Shown in pieces: positions 33,136-46,899 of a stretch of DNA of 64,000 bases; the first letter of the stretch is position 1, and each line of letters begins with the position of its first letter. The translations under genes were made by a program, and so were the position numbers. This stretch comes from Mytilus californianus. Lineage: Eukaryota. The notes beneath the pieces were generated by a model. It had not been told where the DNA came from. It saw only the letters and a program-made list of their open reading frames with translations, and made no database searches. The stretch is from assembly GCF_021869535.1 (NCBI RefSeq), contig NW_026262734.1, forward strand, positions 41,726,001 to 41,790,000. Reading direction: 5' to 3'.

Positions 33136-35975
33136 GTTGAGCCTGCAAAATTTATTTTGAGAAAGCGAGACATAGCAATCCTAGATTCCTTCGGCAGTGG
33201 CGGCGGCGTCAACATTTAGGTTCAGTCTATGGTTAAAGTTTTTTTAGACATCAATAAATTTGTCAAACCTACATGGAATTTTATGAAATTTGGACAGGAG
33301 CTTGTTTATGACCAAAAGACAGTATCCAGAGCAAAATTTTGAAAATATTTATTTTCATTTTTCCCCGTATTTTACTAAAAAAAATGGACTTATTTCTTTT
33401 TTAACGGCTAACATTCAGATTTAGTCTGAGGTTAAAGTTTTTCAGTCATCAATTACTTTGTCAAACCTTCATGGAATTTTATAAAATTTGGACACAGGCT
33501 TGTTTATGACCAATAAGACAGTATCCAGAATAAAATTTTGAAAATATTTATTTTCATTTTTCTGTATTTTACTGATAAATGGACTAAGTTTTTTTTACAG
33601 TTAACATTAAGATTTAGTCTTGGGTTAAAGTTTTTATAGACATCAATAACTTTGTCAAACCTACATGGAATTTTATAAAATTTTGATAGAAGTTTGTTTA
33701 TGACCAAAAGACAGTATCCAAAGCAAAATTTTGAAAATATTTCTCTTTATTTTTCCGTATTTTAATGATAAATGGACTTAATTTTTTTACAATTAACACT
33801 CGGGCTCAGTCTAAGGCTGAAGTTTTTCAGTCATCTATAACTGTGTCAAACCTTCATGGAAATTTATGAAATTTGGACAGAAGCTTGTTTATGACTAAAA
33901 TACAGTATCCAAAGCAAAATTTTGAAAAACCTTTATTTTCTTTTTTCTGTATTTTACTGATAAATGGACTCAGTTTTTGTCGAGCCTGCGACTTTTGTCG
34001 CAGAAAGCTCGACATAGGGATAGTGATCCGGCGGCGTTAGCTAAATTCTTAAAAGCTTTATATTTAGAAGGTGGAAGACCTGGATGCTTCATACTTTGTA
34101 TATGGATGCCTCTTGTTACAAAGTTTCCGTCAGTCACATGTCCAATGTCCTTGACCTCATTTTCATGGTTCAGTGACTACTTGAAAAAAAAGTTAAGATT
34201 TTTTGTAATGTTAAATTCTCTCTTATTGTAAGTAGTAGGATAACTATATTTGGTATGTGCGTACCTTGCAAGGTCCTCATGCCCGTCGGACAGTTTTCAC
34301 TTGACCTCGACCTCATTTCATGGACCAGTGAACAAGGTTAAGTTTTGGTGGTCAAGTCCATATCTCAGATACTATAAGCAATAGGTCTAGTATATTCGGT
34401 GTATGGAAGGACTGTAAGGTGTACATGTCCAACTGGCAGGTGTCATCTGACCTTGACCTCATTTTCTTGGTTCAGTGGTTATAGTTAAGTTTTTGTGTTT
34501 TGGTCTGTTTTTCTTATACTGTATGCAATAGGTCTACTATATTTTGTGTATGGGATGATTGTAAGGTGTACATGTCTAGCTGGCAGGTGTCATCTGACCT
34601 TGACCTCATTTTCATAGTTCAGTGGTCAAAGTTAAGTTTTTGAGTTTTTGTCTTTTTTTCTAATACTATATGTAATAGTTCAACTATATTTGGTGTATGG
34701 AAATATTTTATGATCTATATGTCAGTCACCCAGGTTTTATTTGACCTTGACCTCATTTTCAAGGTTCATTGCTCAGTGTTAAGTTTTTGTGTTTTGATCT
34801 GTTTTTCTTATACTGTATGCAATAGGTCTACTATATTTGGTGTATGGAATGATTGTAAGGTGTACATGTCTAACTGGCAGGTGTCATCTGACCTTGACCT
34901 CATTTTCATGGTTCAGTGGTCAAAGTTAAGTTTTTGAGTTTTGGTCTTTTTTTTCTAATACTATATGTAATAGTTCAACTATATTTGGTGTATGGAAATA
35001 TTTTATGATCTATATGTCAGTCACCCAGGTTTTATTTGACCTTGACCTCATTTTCAAGGTTCATTGCTCAGTGTTAAGTTTTTGTGTTTTGGTCTGTTTT
35101 TCTTATACTGTATGCAATAGGTCTACTATATTTGGTGTATGGAATGATTGTAAGGTGTACATGTCTAGCTGGCAGGTGTCATCTGACCTTGACCTCATTT
35201 TCATGGTTCAGTGGTCAAAGTTAAGACTTTGAGTTTTGGTCTTTTTTTCTAATACTATATGCAATAGTTCAACTATATTTGGTGTATGGAAATATTTTAT
35301 GATCTATATGTCAGTCAGGCAGGTTTTATTTGACCTTGACCTCATTTTCAAGGTTCATTGCTCAGTGTTAAGTTTTTGTGTTTTGGTCTGTTTTTCTTAA
35401 ACTATAAGCAATAGGTCAACTATATTTGTTGTATGGAAGAATTGTTAGCTGTACATGCCTGCCTAGCATGGTTCATCTGACCTTGACCTCATTTTCATGG
35501 TTCATTGGTCAATGTTTAGTTTACTTGGTTAATGTTAAGTTTATGTGTATAATAAAGCTTTTTATTTAGGACTATCAACATAATATCAATCATTAGTAAA
35601 GAAGGCGAGACATTTCAGTGTGTGCACTCTTGTTATACAGTTAACAAGTAGATACAGTCTGGGGTTAAAGTTTGTTATACATCAAAGAACTGATAGATGG
35701 ACTTCACTTTTTACAGTTAACATTTTCAGACAGTCTGGGATTATAATTTTTTGACATGATGAATTTGTAAACCTTCATGGATTGTTATGAAACTTGGACA
35801 GAAGACAATCTTCAAGACCAAGAAATAGCATCTAAAGAAAAAGTTTTTTTTTTTTTTTAAATTCTGTATTTTACTGATAAATGGACTCACTTTTTAAGTC
35901 AACATTAACTTTTACACTGACAGCAGCATTCGCAGGCTAGACACGGGGCTCCACGAACCCCCTTACAATTTTTCT
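33136..35975 (+). mobile_element. Family C HINE-like element (about 180-bp internal repeats) carrying a nested family B element
   Basis: Family C head at 33136; repeats are broken at GGACTCAGTTTT (about 33975) and resume at about 35634; GGGGCTCCACGAACCCC hairpin tail. Confidence 0.7.
33975..35633 (+). mobile_element. Family B HINE-like element with about 147/295-bp tandem repeats
   Basis: TGTCGAGC..GCTCGACA head; repeats of TGACCTTGACCTCATTTTC with a 295-bp dimer period (34710 vs 35005); GGCGAGACATTTCAG..GTGCACTCTTGT tail. Degenerate copies at about 36520-37366 and 58555-58880. Confidence 0.75.
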
Positions 35976-38900
35976 ATACATATTTCTTTTATATTTTTTA
36001 AGTTAATATTCTTTAATGTTTTAACTTATTTTCCCTTATTTAATGTGTTCGTGCTATATAAGTGATCTGATTTTTTTTCCAATTTTCAGATGTATCCACC
36101 CAGAAAATTGGAAAAAAACCAGATTACTTATTTTGGAGTAATTGCCCCTTAAATATCATTTACAATCTTTAGCAGTTATTGACTATAGGAGTAAGGTTAA
36201 ACATGTAAATTACAAAAAGGATCAGCTAAACAAGATGTATCTACCCTGAAAATTGTTTAAATATATTTTGGCCTGTTTTGGAGTTATTTCCCCTGAAATA
36301 TCATTTTTTGCAGTTTTTGGCTGTTATTGTAAAAATATAGAAGCTAAATTAAAAGTTTAAATTGCAATATTGATCAGCACAACATGATCTGTTAACCCTG
36401 AAAATTACAGAAAAATCTGTAAACCAATTTTTAAATTATTGCCCTTAAAATAAACATTTTTTTTTAAATTTTTTACTTTTTTTTGTTTCGCTTTTACCTG
36501 GTATGCAGATACCTTATGTTTAGAGGTTTCAGTTAGTCATATGTCTATTGTCTTTGACCTCATTTTCATGGTTCTGATTGATTGATTGGTGATTGCTTTA
36601 AGCGGCATCAGCACAAAAAGGTTCAGTGACTACTTGAAAAAAAAATGTATTTTTTTTTGTCATGTGAAATAGTCACTTATTATGAGTAATAGGATTACTA
36701 TATTTGGTATATGTGATCCTTGCAAAGTCTAAATGTTTGCCAGACAGGGTTCACCTGACCTCAACTTCTTTTTTATGGATTGGTGATCAAAGTTAAGCTT
36801 TTGTGGTCAAGTCCATATGATATCTAAGATATGAAAAGCAGTAGGTCAACTATATTTGGTGTATGGAATGATTGTAAGATTACATGTCCGACTGTCTGGT
36901 TTCAACTGACCCTGACCTTAATTTCATGGTTCATTGGACAGTGTTTAGTTTTTGTCGTTTGGTCTATTTCTCAGATACTATAAGAAATAGGGCCAATATT
37001 TGGTGTACCTCATTTTTATGGTATATTGGTCAATGTTAAGTTTTTGGTTTAACAGATACTATAAACAGTAAGTTAATAAAATTTGGTGTATGGAATGATT
37101 CAAAGGTGTACATGTCTGTCTGGCAGGTTTCATATGACCTTGCCCTCATTTTATATGGTTCATTGGTCAACGTTCAACTTTCTTATTAGGTCAGTTTCTC
37201 AGTTACTACAATCAAAAGGGTAACTTTATTTGGTGAATGGAATAATAGTTAGGTGTATATGTCTGTCAAGCAGGGTTCATTTGACCTTGACCTCATTTAC
37301 AATTGATCTTTGATACTGTTTAGTTAATGTGATACTTGTTGCAAAACCATCATTTTACTCACTTTGAACATCATTTCAAATATGATAAGTAAAGCAGGCA
37401 AGACATTTCAGCATGTGCACTCTAGTTTATCAGATGAATTTCTGTCTCTGTTTTATATGAACCACATTTGATCTTACAATCATTGGGTGTTGTGTGACAG
37501 GTCAATTTTGTTTGGTAAGTTGTACATGCCTGTCTGATCATCTGTTCTTCATATCCTTTCTATGGTTCATTTTTTCAAAGGAATTTTTCATGATAATTCA
37601 GTTTTTCAGTTATTTTAAACTTATGATCTTTAATAAGTATGTTGTCTTTAGGTAAATTGCAATCTGATATTTGTTTGTCCTTGACTTTGCAGACCTTTAA
37701 AATATTATGTTCTGTCATATCCAAGTTAACAATGATCTGCAACCCTGTCAATATCTATTGAATATAGAAAGATATAGTAGAATCAGTGACCAACAGCCAC
37801 CATTATTCACTGTAAAAATCATGACCAAGCCACAGTGACCAAGGGGATTTTTAAATGAATCACCTTGTCTGTGATGTATTAGCTTTTATTACTATTCTTC
37901 ATATATAAAGTTATGGTACTAGATCTTCAGGAGGTTAATTATTAACTTCTTACATATGAAGTTCAAAACACTCTCATATTGACTTGGTAAGGTCTTTGAT
38001 ATTCACCAAATTTTTACCTGCCCCCAAACATATATTGACTTTTAAAACCACTATGGTGTCAATTCAAGGTTTAGAAATAGCAAGTTAATCTTACCCCACA
38101 GTATATTTGTGTAAATGGTGATTATGACTAAAATGACAAAAAGTAAAACATTTGTAATTGATTATTTATTCTAAGTTGTTGATACTGCCATCCTATAAAT
38201 GTCAAACTTGGAGCTGTCATAGCAAAGGAGTCAGTCCTACAAAAGTTTTGTCAACCAACATTATTCTTCTGTTTTTCATACTGCTCCGGCGTCCAAGTTT
38301 TCATTTCAAATGCATGTATGATTTTCATTTCTTCTTCAATAGTAGAGTTAACTAACCTGAAAGTAAAAGCACCAGTTATTTTATGAATAATACACTGTGT
38401 TCAGACACTTTGCAATGATAGAAGGGGCTTACCAAGATCCATTCCACTACACATGAAATAATTACTTTATTATTGTGAATTCATTTATTTGATTTTTTTA
38501 CCACTTTTTATTCTTTGAGGAAAAAACGTATTTACACTGATATTTGATTTCCTTAAGCAAATCCTAAAAAATGCTACTAATTAACATGCACTACCTAGAA
38601 AATAAAATTTACATGATGAGAATGAAAAAACTGTGTGGAAAATGTGTCAAATACACAAATGGTCATGTTGTCATACTTATATGGTTTGTAGTTTGAAAGG
38701 GCATATTAATGATAATGACACTTGAATTTGAGGTGCATATATTCAATGTATATAAATCAAAATTAGAAAGTGTGAAGGCTGTGGGTTTCAATTGTACTAG
38801 GAGTAAATTAGTTGATTACTCAAATTGAAACACTCTTTTTTCAACTCCCCTTCATACTAAACTAGTTTTGACAATTTTACTTTGCTCATCTATTTTTCTT

Positions 38901-40664
38901 TTTGGTGGAAAACACTTCGATATAAAAAGATCTACTACATGCATGTACTGAATAAAGTTGATTTAACATTTTTAAATTAACAAAATTCCTTGCTGCAGAA
39001 GCAATCACAATTCTATATCAATTACTTATCCTTAAGACCACCATATGTAGTTTCAAATTATTTATTATAAAGCATAAGTAGTTCAAAGAATCAGTCTGTG
39101 GTCAGAAAAACCAACAACAATATATAATTCAAATGAAAAAATATAGAAAATTTGTAACCATTTAAGAAGGTCGACCTGGGTTAAGGGACATAAATCTTTT
39201 AAACCACTGGTACGTTTATGTCAACCATTTCCATAGATATATCCTGAGCTTCTAAGTGAGACAGGTTATTTTAATTCTGTATCATTTGATTGCTTCAAAA
39301 GATCATGAATTAAAATCATTTATTATTAATTGATGTTGAGAGAAATGATATATGTGTCATGATATGTGTTTAAATATCTGAACATGTTATTTTATCATGG
39401 TAGTATATATATATGAATAATTCTAAACGGTGCACAATTATGACCATATCATGGAACCCATCCCCATTTTCAAACATAAAAAAAAACTGCATATTTTTAT
39501 TATTACTGATAAAATCCAATATTTCTTTACTTTATATCTATGCCATCATGACCAATTACCTGTGTCTTTGTAATAATGGTTTGCCTTCAAATTGAGGTGA
39601 TACAATTATAGCTTTGAACTTTGACCCACAGCCATCGGACATGTCCACAACATCCTGCAGAGTAAAAGGAGACTATTGTTAACATTGTAGTGTTTTCATT
39701 AATAAACATCTAAAGTAAAGGATAACCTTTATTCAAACATTCTAGAATTTATATGCATATTGACGGAAAGTAAACATCAGTTGTTGATGGTTTTCGGATC
39801 AATAAGACAAAATATTTCAGTTTAAACAAGAATATATGTCCAACATGTCCAATTAAGAACACCATTCCCTGCACACGCTATCACATTTCCATGTTTAGTA
39901 AACCACAAAATCATTGTCAAAACTTTAATTTGGCACATATACATCAAGCAGTTAACTCTGGGACTATTATACTATATTATGTCCCAGTTCACTTCATAAT
40001 GTCAATGAACATGATGAATATGTGTATTAAATTTTCAAGTTGATGTGACCACAAAATTGAAAAAGGAAAACAAAATTACATTTATAGGATAGAATAGGGG
40101 TACACTATATAAACGACAAAGTCGAAAGATATCTATATTAAACTAAATTTGCCAAATTTCAGGGCTAGATTCGTTGCAACTGTTTGCTGTATTTGCCTTG
40201 TTCAAGATTTTGACTTTACGGGATACTTTAACAACATTGAACAATATAATTAGTGATTGTGATTTTAAACGTCAGAGATATTAACTTTACAATACTCACA
40301 ACATGTGTGGCGCCAAGCTGGGATCTAAATTTGTCTTCAAGCTGACTACAAGTAATTGCCATTTTTTACCATGTTTTCTCGTAGAGTTATCTTCCGTGTA
40401 TTGACTAATTTATTTTAGAATACTATCTTTTCTTGTTTGGCGTTTTATGTCAACAAATGTGAGGTTGTTTGCTATAATTGAATTTAACAGTCTGCCACAC
40501 AATCATTTATTTAAAATACAAAAAAAAAAAAAACAATACGAAAAAAGCATATAAAGTGCCTGTGATAATATATTTTAGCAAATCGATTTTGTAAAGTGGG
40601 AGCATGTTCCATGATGGTAGAATTTTAAGTAAAATTCAACTATAAACAAACCGAGCTATGAAAT

Positions 40665-43600
40665 ATGAAATACGTGTTAAAGTTGATAACGCTTTTAACT
40701 ATTTCAAATACCATAAAAACAAGCAACGATTTCAAATGTGACAACATCAACCCGCTAGCAAAGTTTATTAACCATGACACTTGTCATTTACATTTAAAAG
40801 TACACACGAACTTTGCCGAATGGAGTCTTGCAAAGCAGCAACTACTGCGACAATCGTTTCCTATAGAAAAGGAGACTAGAAATTATGTAAGAAGAGTATC
40901 CGAGTGTGTATTTTCAACAGTGAAACCGATTCCTTTGAAGTATAATGTTCAATTAGCAGCAGTGTCAAATTATGTTTTAAGTAACATTTTGGACTTGGAT
41001 CCAATCGTTGCGTTGTCAAGTGATTTCGTTGCATTTGTAGGAGGTGAAAAGTTGCTAACAACCCCGCTGTCCCATAGATATGGAGGCCATCAGTTTGGAT
41101 ATTGGTCTGGACAATTAGGGGATGGTCGGGCTGTAATGATCGGAGAATATTTCAACCAACGTGGAGAGCGATATGAACTTCAGTTGAAAGGTTCTGGTCT
41201 GACTCCTTATTCAAGACGTGGTGACGGCAGGGCTGTTATACGATCATCTGTGAGAGAATTTCTCTGCAGTGAGGCTATGTTTTATCTTGGTAAGCTACAA
41301 TTTATTATTGTAGTTCTTAGATGTGGAATATAAATTTTCAAGCGTCAAAATTAAGGGCCCTTTCATCATTTGCCCATCATAATACCATCCTATTTTTTTT
41401 TCATACAATACCCAAATGCCAATCATTTACATAGATATAAGAAAGTGTGGTATGAGTGCCAATGAGACAACTCTCCATCCAAGTCACAATTTGTGAAAGT
41501 AACCCATTATAGGTATGTATATTTAGAGACCAGGCGTCCAGTTGGAATTGTGATGTTTAATCTGATGACTGATGTTCCGTGTAGGGGAGTGCCAATTAAG
41601 CTCTTTGCACGTTAAAGAACCTTTGCAACATCTTTCTGTGGGATCGGTAGATGCATGGCCTGTTGCATGTATTACTGTGCACAGTTTTGGTTGTTAATGA
41701 ATAGTTTAAAATCTTCCGAGTGGCTTTGGGTATTTACGATGTTTAAATGTCAAATTTTAGGCATGTTTATTACTATAGACTACTGATATTTTTTTATTTA
41801 GTTATATTACCAACCCTGCATTCAGCTGTTTTTGGAAACTTTTCGTCTTTTTCTTAGAGTGAGCAAAACTTACGATACAAGACTTACATATAAGGTTCAT
41901 GCGTGGAGTAAGGATTGTTCTAGGTCATGGGATAAAAACTGTATAAAGAAAGCACAAATTTTAGGTATTGAAAATGTTATTAATGATACTTTTTCCATCA
42001 AACATAAACTGCAAGAAATCAAATCCAAACTCTATGAAAAAGATAAAAATGAATGGGTTGAAAAATTGTTTAATGACAGAAATGAATGTAATGGTAATAA
42101 ATTACGTATGTATAGGGAGTATAAAAATGTTTTAGAATTTAGTTCTTATGTAAAATTAGTTCGTAATAGGCAGCATAGACGTGTTTTGTCAAATTTTAGA
42201 AGTGGCTGTTTACCACTGGCAGTTGAAACGGGTAGATACACCAAGCCAAAAATTCCTTTAAATGAGCGTACTTGTATATATTGTACAGATAATTGTGTTG
42301 AGGATGAAAAACATTTTTTGTTAGGGTGCGATTTTTATGCAGATTTAAGATATGATTTAATGAAGAAATCTGATGATATTTGTGAGACTTTTAACGATCT
42401 TGATTTACAGGACAAATTTATTTTCTTAATGTCAAATGATGCAATTCAACCATTTTTAGCAAAAACTTTATATCACATGTTTTATCGAAGGAGGTATATT
42501 TTTAAAGTGTCTCATAAGTCAGTTATTTGGCTGGGTACCAATATTCTAATTGTAATATTTAATTTTTAATTGCATATTATGTAATTATGTATTCATTGTG
42601 TTTTATATTGGTATGTGACACTATAATAAATTATTCTGATTCTGATTCTGATTCTGTAAGAAGAATCTGACATTGTTCAAATATTAAAGTGAAGTTTTCT
42701 AGTTGTGTTTGTGGAGATGTTCCGTTTTCTTAACACTTCTCAATATCTGGTTTGCTGTTGAATATGCATTCCTTTATTTTGGTTGATAGCAGAATTTACG
42801 TTTCCGTGTCCTAGTATAAATGCCTCAGTGCCTTTAGAATTTTTTCATTGTCCAAATGTATGTTTATGTCATGTGTATGTGTGTTCTTCGTTTTTATTAA
42901 AAATCAATGTTTACTGAAGTAATTGAAATAGACATTTTGTTTATATCACGCTACGAAGTTCCCGGGCTGTTCAGTTATCCATGTCCTTCTGTCCATCACT
43001 TTATTACTTCTGAACTGTATTTGTTAACCAGATCTTTTCTTTATGCTTGCAGACATGTGAGATATCGAACTTAATTTTATAATTAACCGTCATACAAGTG
43101 AGAGGTTTAGCTAGTTATAAGACCAGGTTTAATCCACCATTTTCTACATAAGGAAATGTCTGTACTAAGTCGGGAATATGACAGTTGTTTTCCATTCGTG
43201 TCATGTGTTTGAGCTTTTGATTTTGACATTTTATAAGGGACTTTTCTTTTTGAATTTTCCGTGGAGTTCAGTATTTTTTGTTATTTTACTGTGTCATAGT
43301 GTGCCGCTTCCTATGGACAGTTAAGAAACGAGTTACAGTTTTGTTAGAGTCGATTGTCTTACTTATTTTTTTTTGGGGGGGGGGGATTAATACCCTGTAA
43401 TTTACAAAACTAAGAGATAAAGTTACGGGTGTAGAAGTTCATGTCTAAGTCGTCCGAAACATCTAATTTCAATTCAATAATGATCGAACTTAATATGTTT
43501 GCATTTAACGGGCATGACGGGATTCGTCTGTTTGGGTTTCTCACCAAATTTGTCAATATAACGGAAATATTAACAAGTGGGAGGTTTAGAGAGCTATAAA

Positions 43601-44868
43601 ACCAGGTTTAACCCACCATTTTTTTTTGGCAAAATGTCTGTACAAGTCAGGAATATCTCAGTTGTTTTTCACTCGTTCCGTTGATTGATATTTTTGATTT
43701 TGTCAGTTTTTATGCACTTTCCCTTTTTGAATTTTCCTTGTTAATGTTATATAACAGTCCTTTTATATCTATTTTAGGAATTCCAACAAGCAGAGCTGCA
43801 TCCTTGTTGGTGAGCGATGATCCAGTTGTGCGTGACATGTTTTATGATGGTCATCGTCGAACTGAGCGCGGCGCAATTGTTCTGAGATTAGCCGAATCTT
43901 GGTTTAGAATCGGATCATTAGAGATACTTACTGATTCTAAAGAGTACGAACTTTTGAAGAACCTCACAGATTTTGTTATTTTACATTATTTTAAATCGAT
44001 AAATATAAGTAGCGCTGATCGATATCTTGAGTTCTTTTCTACAGTAGTTGAAGAAACTGCTCGTATGATTGTTCTATGGCAATCAGTGGGCTTTACACAC
44101 GGCGTATGTAATACCGATAATTTCAGCCTTCTATCTATAACCATAGATTACGGTCCTTTTGGATTTATGGAGGAATATAATCCAGATTTTGTCCCAAATA
44201 CTTCAGACGACGAAGGTCGTTATTGTTACGAGAAGCAGCCTAATGTTGGTCACTTTAATCTAAATAAACTAAGAGCTGCTTTGGAACCATTGTTGACGAA
44301 ACAACATAGGAAACAAGCTGGTCAAATTCTAAACGGGTATATTGACATTTATAAATCAAAATTTTTGAAATTGTTTCTTAAAAAGTTAGGTTTGACGTTT
44401 GATAATAATAATATTGAAGACGATGAGCAACTGATAGCCATTTTGTTAAAAATGATGTCGGACACCAAGTCTGATTTCACTATGACATTTAGACAACTTG
44501 GAGAGTTACCTATCGACAAGCTGAATGATTATGGAATCACTAGGTTCTATTGGGCATTGAAAAAAATATCAAAGCATAAATGGTATACAGAATGGATATC
44601 CATGTACAAAGAACGATCTTTTAGAGAACAAAAATCTGAAGACGAACGACAAGAAATAATGCTCAATACAAACCCACGATATATACTTAGAAACTGGATA
44701 GCACAAAGTGTCATAGAAAAGGTTGAGAAAAACGATTTTACACATATAAACCAAGTTTTGAAGATTTTAGAGAGACCTTTTGAGTACCAAGACGAAGCTG
44801 AATCATTAGGATTTGCATCACCTCCTCCTGAATGGTCAAAACAATTAAAAGTCAGCTGTTCTTCATAA
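40665..44868 (+). CDS. SELENOO: Protein adenylyltransferase SelO family (Cys-type), 2 coding exons, about 571 aa
   Basis: Exon 1 is 40665-41289 (G|gtaagc), exon 2 is 43778-44868 (tttag|GA). Motifs [43 protein letters not shown] and IDYGPFG are present; C-terminus [15 protein letters not shown]. Confidence 0.95.
41770..42656 (+). mobile_element. 5'-truncated LINE (L2/Crack/Daphne-like) in the SELENOO intron
   Basis: ORF 41832-42569 has the RT C-terminal motif [10 protein letters not shown]...CIYC...[10 protein letters not shown]; AATAAA followed by an (ATTCTG)n tail at about 42627-42656. Confidence 0.82.
43085..43740 (+). repeat. Two copies of a 190-bp dispersed repeat with a pol III B-box-like GGTTTAATCC (SINE-like, tentative)
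   Basis: 43085-43270 and 43570-43740; inverted copy at about 30800-30985. Confidence 0.5.
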
Positions 44869-44907
44869 TACATATTGTTTTTAATAATTTGCCATGTATC
44901 TTACTAT

Positions 44908-46262
44908 GTTTGTCCCCCGCGCAACGCGTTGCGGAGGGCATAGAAATACCGGGCGTCCGTCCGTCTGTCTGTCCGGTCTTTTTAGCGCTCTCACGTGTAC
45001 AATTCTTGCCAGATTGTTATGAAACTTATATCATAGGTTTATATCAGCAATGTCTTGGACAAGTTCGAAAATCAGTGCCGTGTATGATTTTTAAAAGAGT
45101 TATTACCCTTGGAAATATGAATGATATGGAAAACTGCCTAATGAGTGCTGTCATGTTTACAATTTTTGCCAGATTTTTATGAAATTTATATTATAGGTTT
45201 ATATCATTCATAAATGTCTTTGACGAGTTCGAAAAATCAGTGCCGATCAATCATTTTTAAAAGAGTAATGCTCCTTGGAAATATTGATTATATGGAAAAT
45301 TGCATTGTCAGCGCTCTCATTTGTACAATTCTTGACAGATTTTTATGAAACCTATATCATAGGTTTATATTAACAATGTCTTTGACGAGTTCGAAAATCA
45401 GTGCCGATCAATAATTTTTAAAAGAGTTATGCCCCTTGGAAATATTAATGACATGGAAAATTGCCTAATGAGTGCTCCGATGTTTACAATTTTTGCCAGA
45501 TTTTTATGAAATTTATTTTATAGGTTTATATCTTAAATGTCTTTGACGAAATCGAAAATCACTGCCGATCAATTAATTTTAAAAGAGTTATGTCCCTTGG
45601 AAACATTAATTATATGGAAAATTGCATTGTTAACGCTCTCATTTGTACAATTCTTGCAGAATTTTATGAAACTTTAATCATAGGTTTATATTAGCAATGT
45701 CTTTGATGAGTTCGAAAATCAGTGCCATTCAATAATTTTTAAAAGAGTTATTCCCCTTGGAAATATTAATGATATGGAAAATTGCCTGATGAGTGCTGTC
45801 ATGTTTACAATTTTTGCCAGATTTTTATGAAATTTATATTATAGGTTCATATCATTTATAAATGTCTTTGACAAGTTCGAAAATTCAGTGCCGATCAATT
45901 ATTTTTAAAAGAGTAATGCTCCTTGGAAATATTGATTATATGGAAAATTGCATTATCAGCGTTCTCATGTCTACAATTATTGCCAGAATTTTATGAAACT
46001 TATATCATAGGTTTATATCAGCAATGACTTTTACACTTTCGAAAATAAGTACTGATCAAATATTTTTAACGAGTGATGGCCCTTGGAAATATTAATTATA
46101 ATGGTAATCACATTGCATTTGCTCTGAAGCCTTCATTTCTCTAAGATATTAATAAAAGGTTTTAAAGAACAAAAAAAAGCTGCTTTTATAGTTATTGCCC
46201 TGTACCTTGGATAGATAAATTATGTGCAACGCGGGGGACATTGGAACTCTGTTCTTTTATTT
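44908..46262 (+). mobile_element. Family E HINE-like element with about 162-bp repeats, directly after the SELENOO stop codon
   Basis: GTCCCCCGCG (44912) / CGCGGGGGAC (46230-46239) inverted pair; CGCAACGCGTTGCG hairpin; CCGT/CTGT microsatellite; GTTCGAAAATCAGTG anchors at about 45063, 45227, 45389, 45550, 45710 and 45875. Confidence 0.78.
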
Positions 46263-46899
46263 TCGTTATTTTTTCCATCAGTCCTGTTTTACAACTGTTG
46301 TTTTATTAAAATATTAGTCTTAGGTATCATAACCCCGACTTTGTCTGCACCTACAAATTAAGTCGAAGACTAGAAAAATACATTAAGGGTTAAATATTGT
46401 CTCAATGATGTATATTCCAAAATCTCCTTTTATTTTAGTGTGGTGTTTGATGGTGCATGCATGTACTTATTTATATAAAGCTTAATAATTCAGTATATGA
46501 AACAGCTTAGCAATCCATATGGTGTATATATACGCATGTCACACACCAATTAGGTGTGGGTTGTGGTTAACAGAATAAAAGATTCCGCTGAATTTTCCCT
46601 AGAAATTCTGCAAAGCCCTCCGTTGTACGAATACTATTGACCTCGTGTTCATGTTTCATTTATCAAAATTAGTTTTTCGTAATTAACTGAATTTCTCAGT
46701 TGCTCTGTAAATCGATTCATATATAATTAAAGATTGTGATAATGATGCTTCGCCTGCGTAATTAATTATGAAAAACTAATATGTAGAATCTGAATGAAGT
46801 CAAATTACAAGATCAAAGTTACAAAATACATCCATAATTATAGTTTGACTTACTGATGGTAATTTGACTTTGACTTCATTGGCAGGAAATTACTAGAAA

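Noticed and set aside
34710-35232. Duplicated 75-aa ORFs (34710, 35005); likewise 14932, 20729, 5257/9671 and 48428-48707
   Set aside because: They are chance translations of tandem modules inside non-autonomous elements.
44850-44868. Selenocysteine recoding in SELENOO
   Set aside because: The relevant codon is TGT and the stop is TAA. There is no in-frame TGA, so I did not call a SECIS element.
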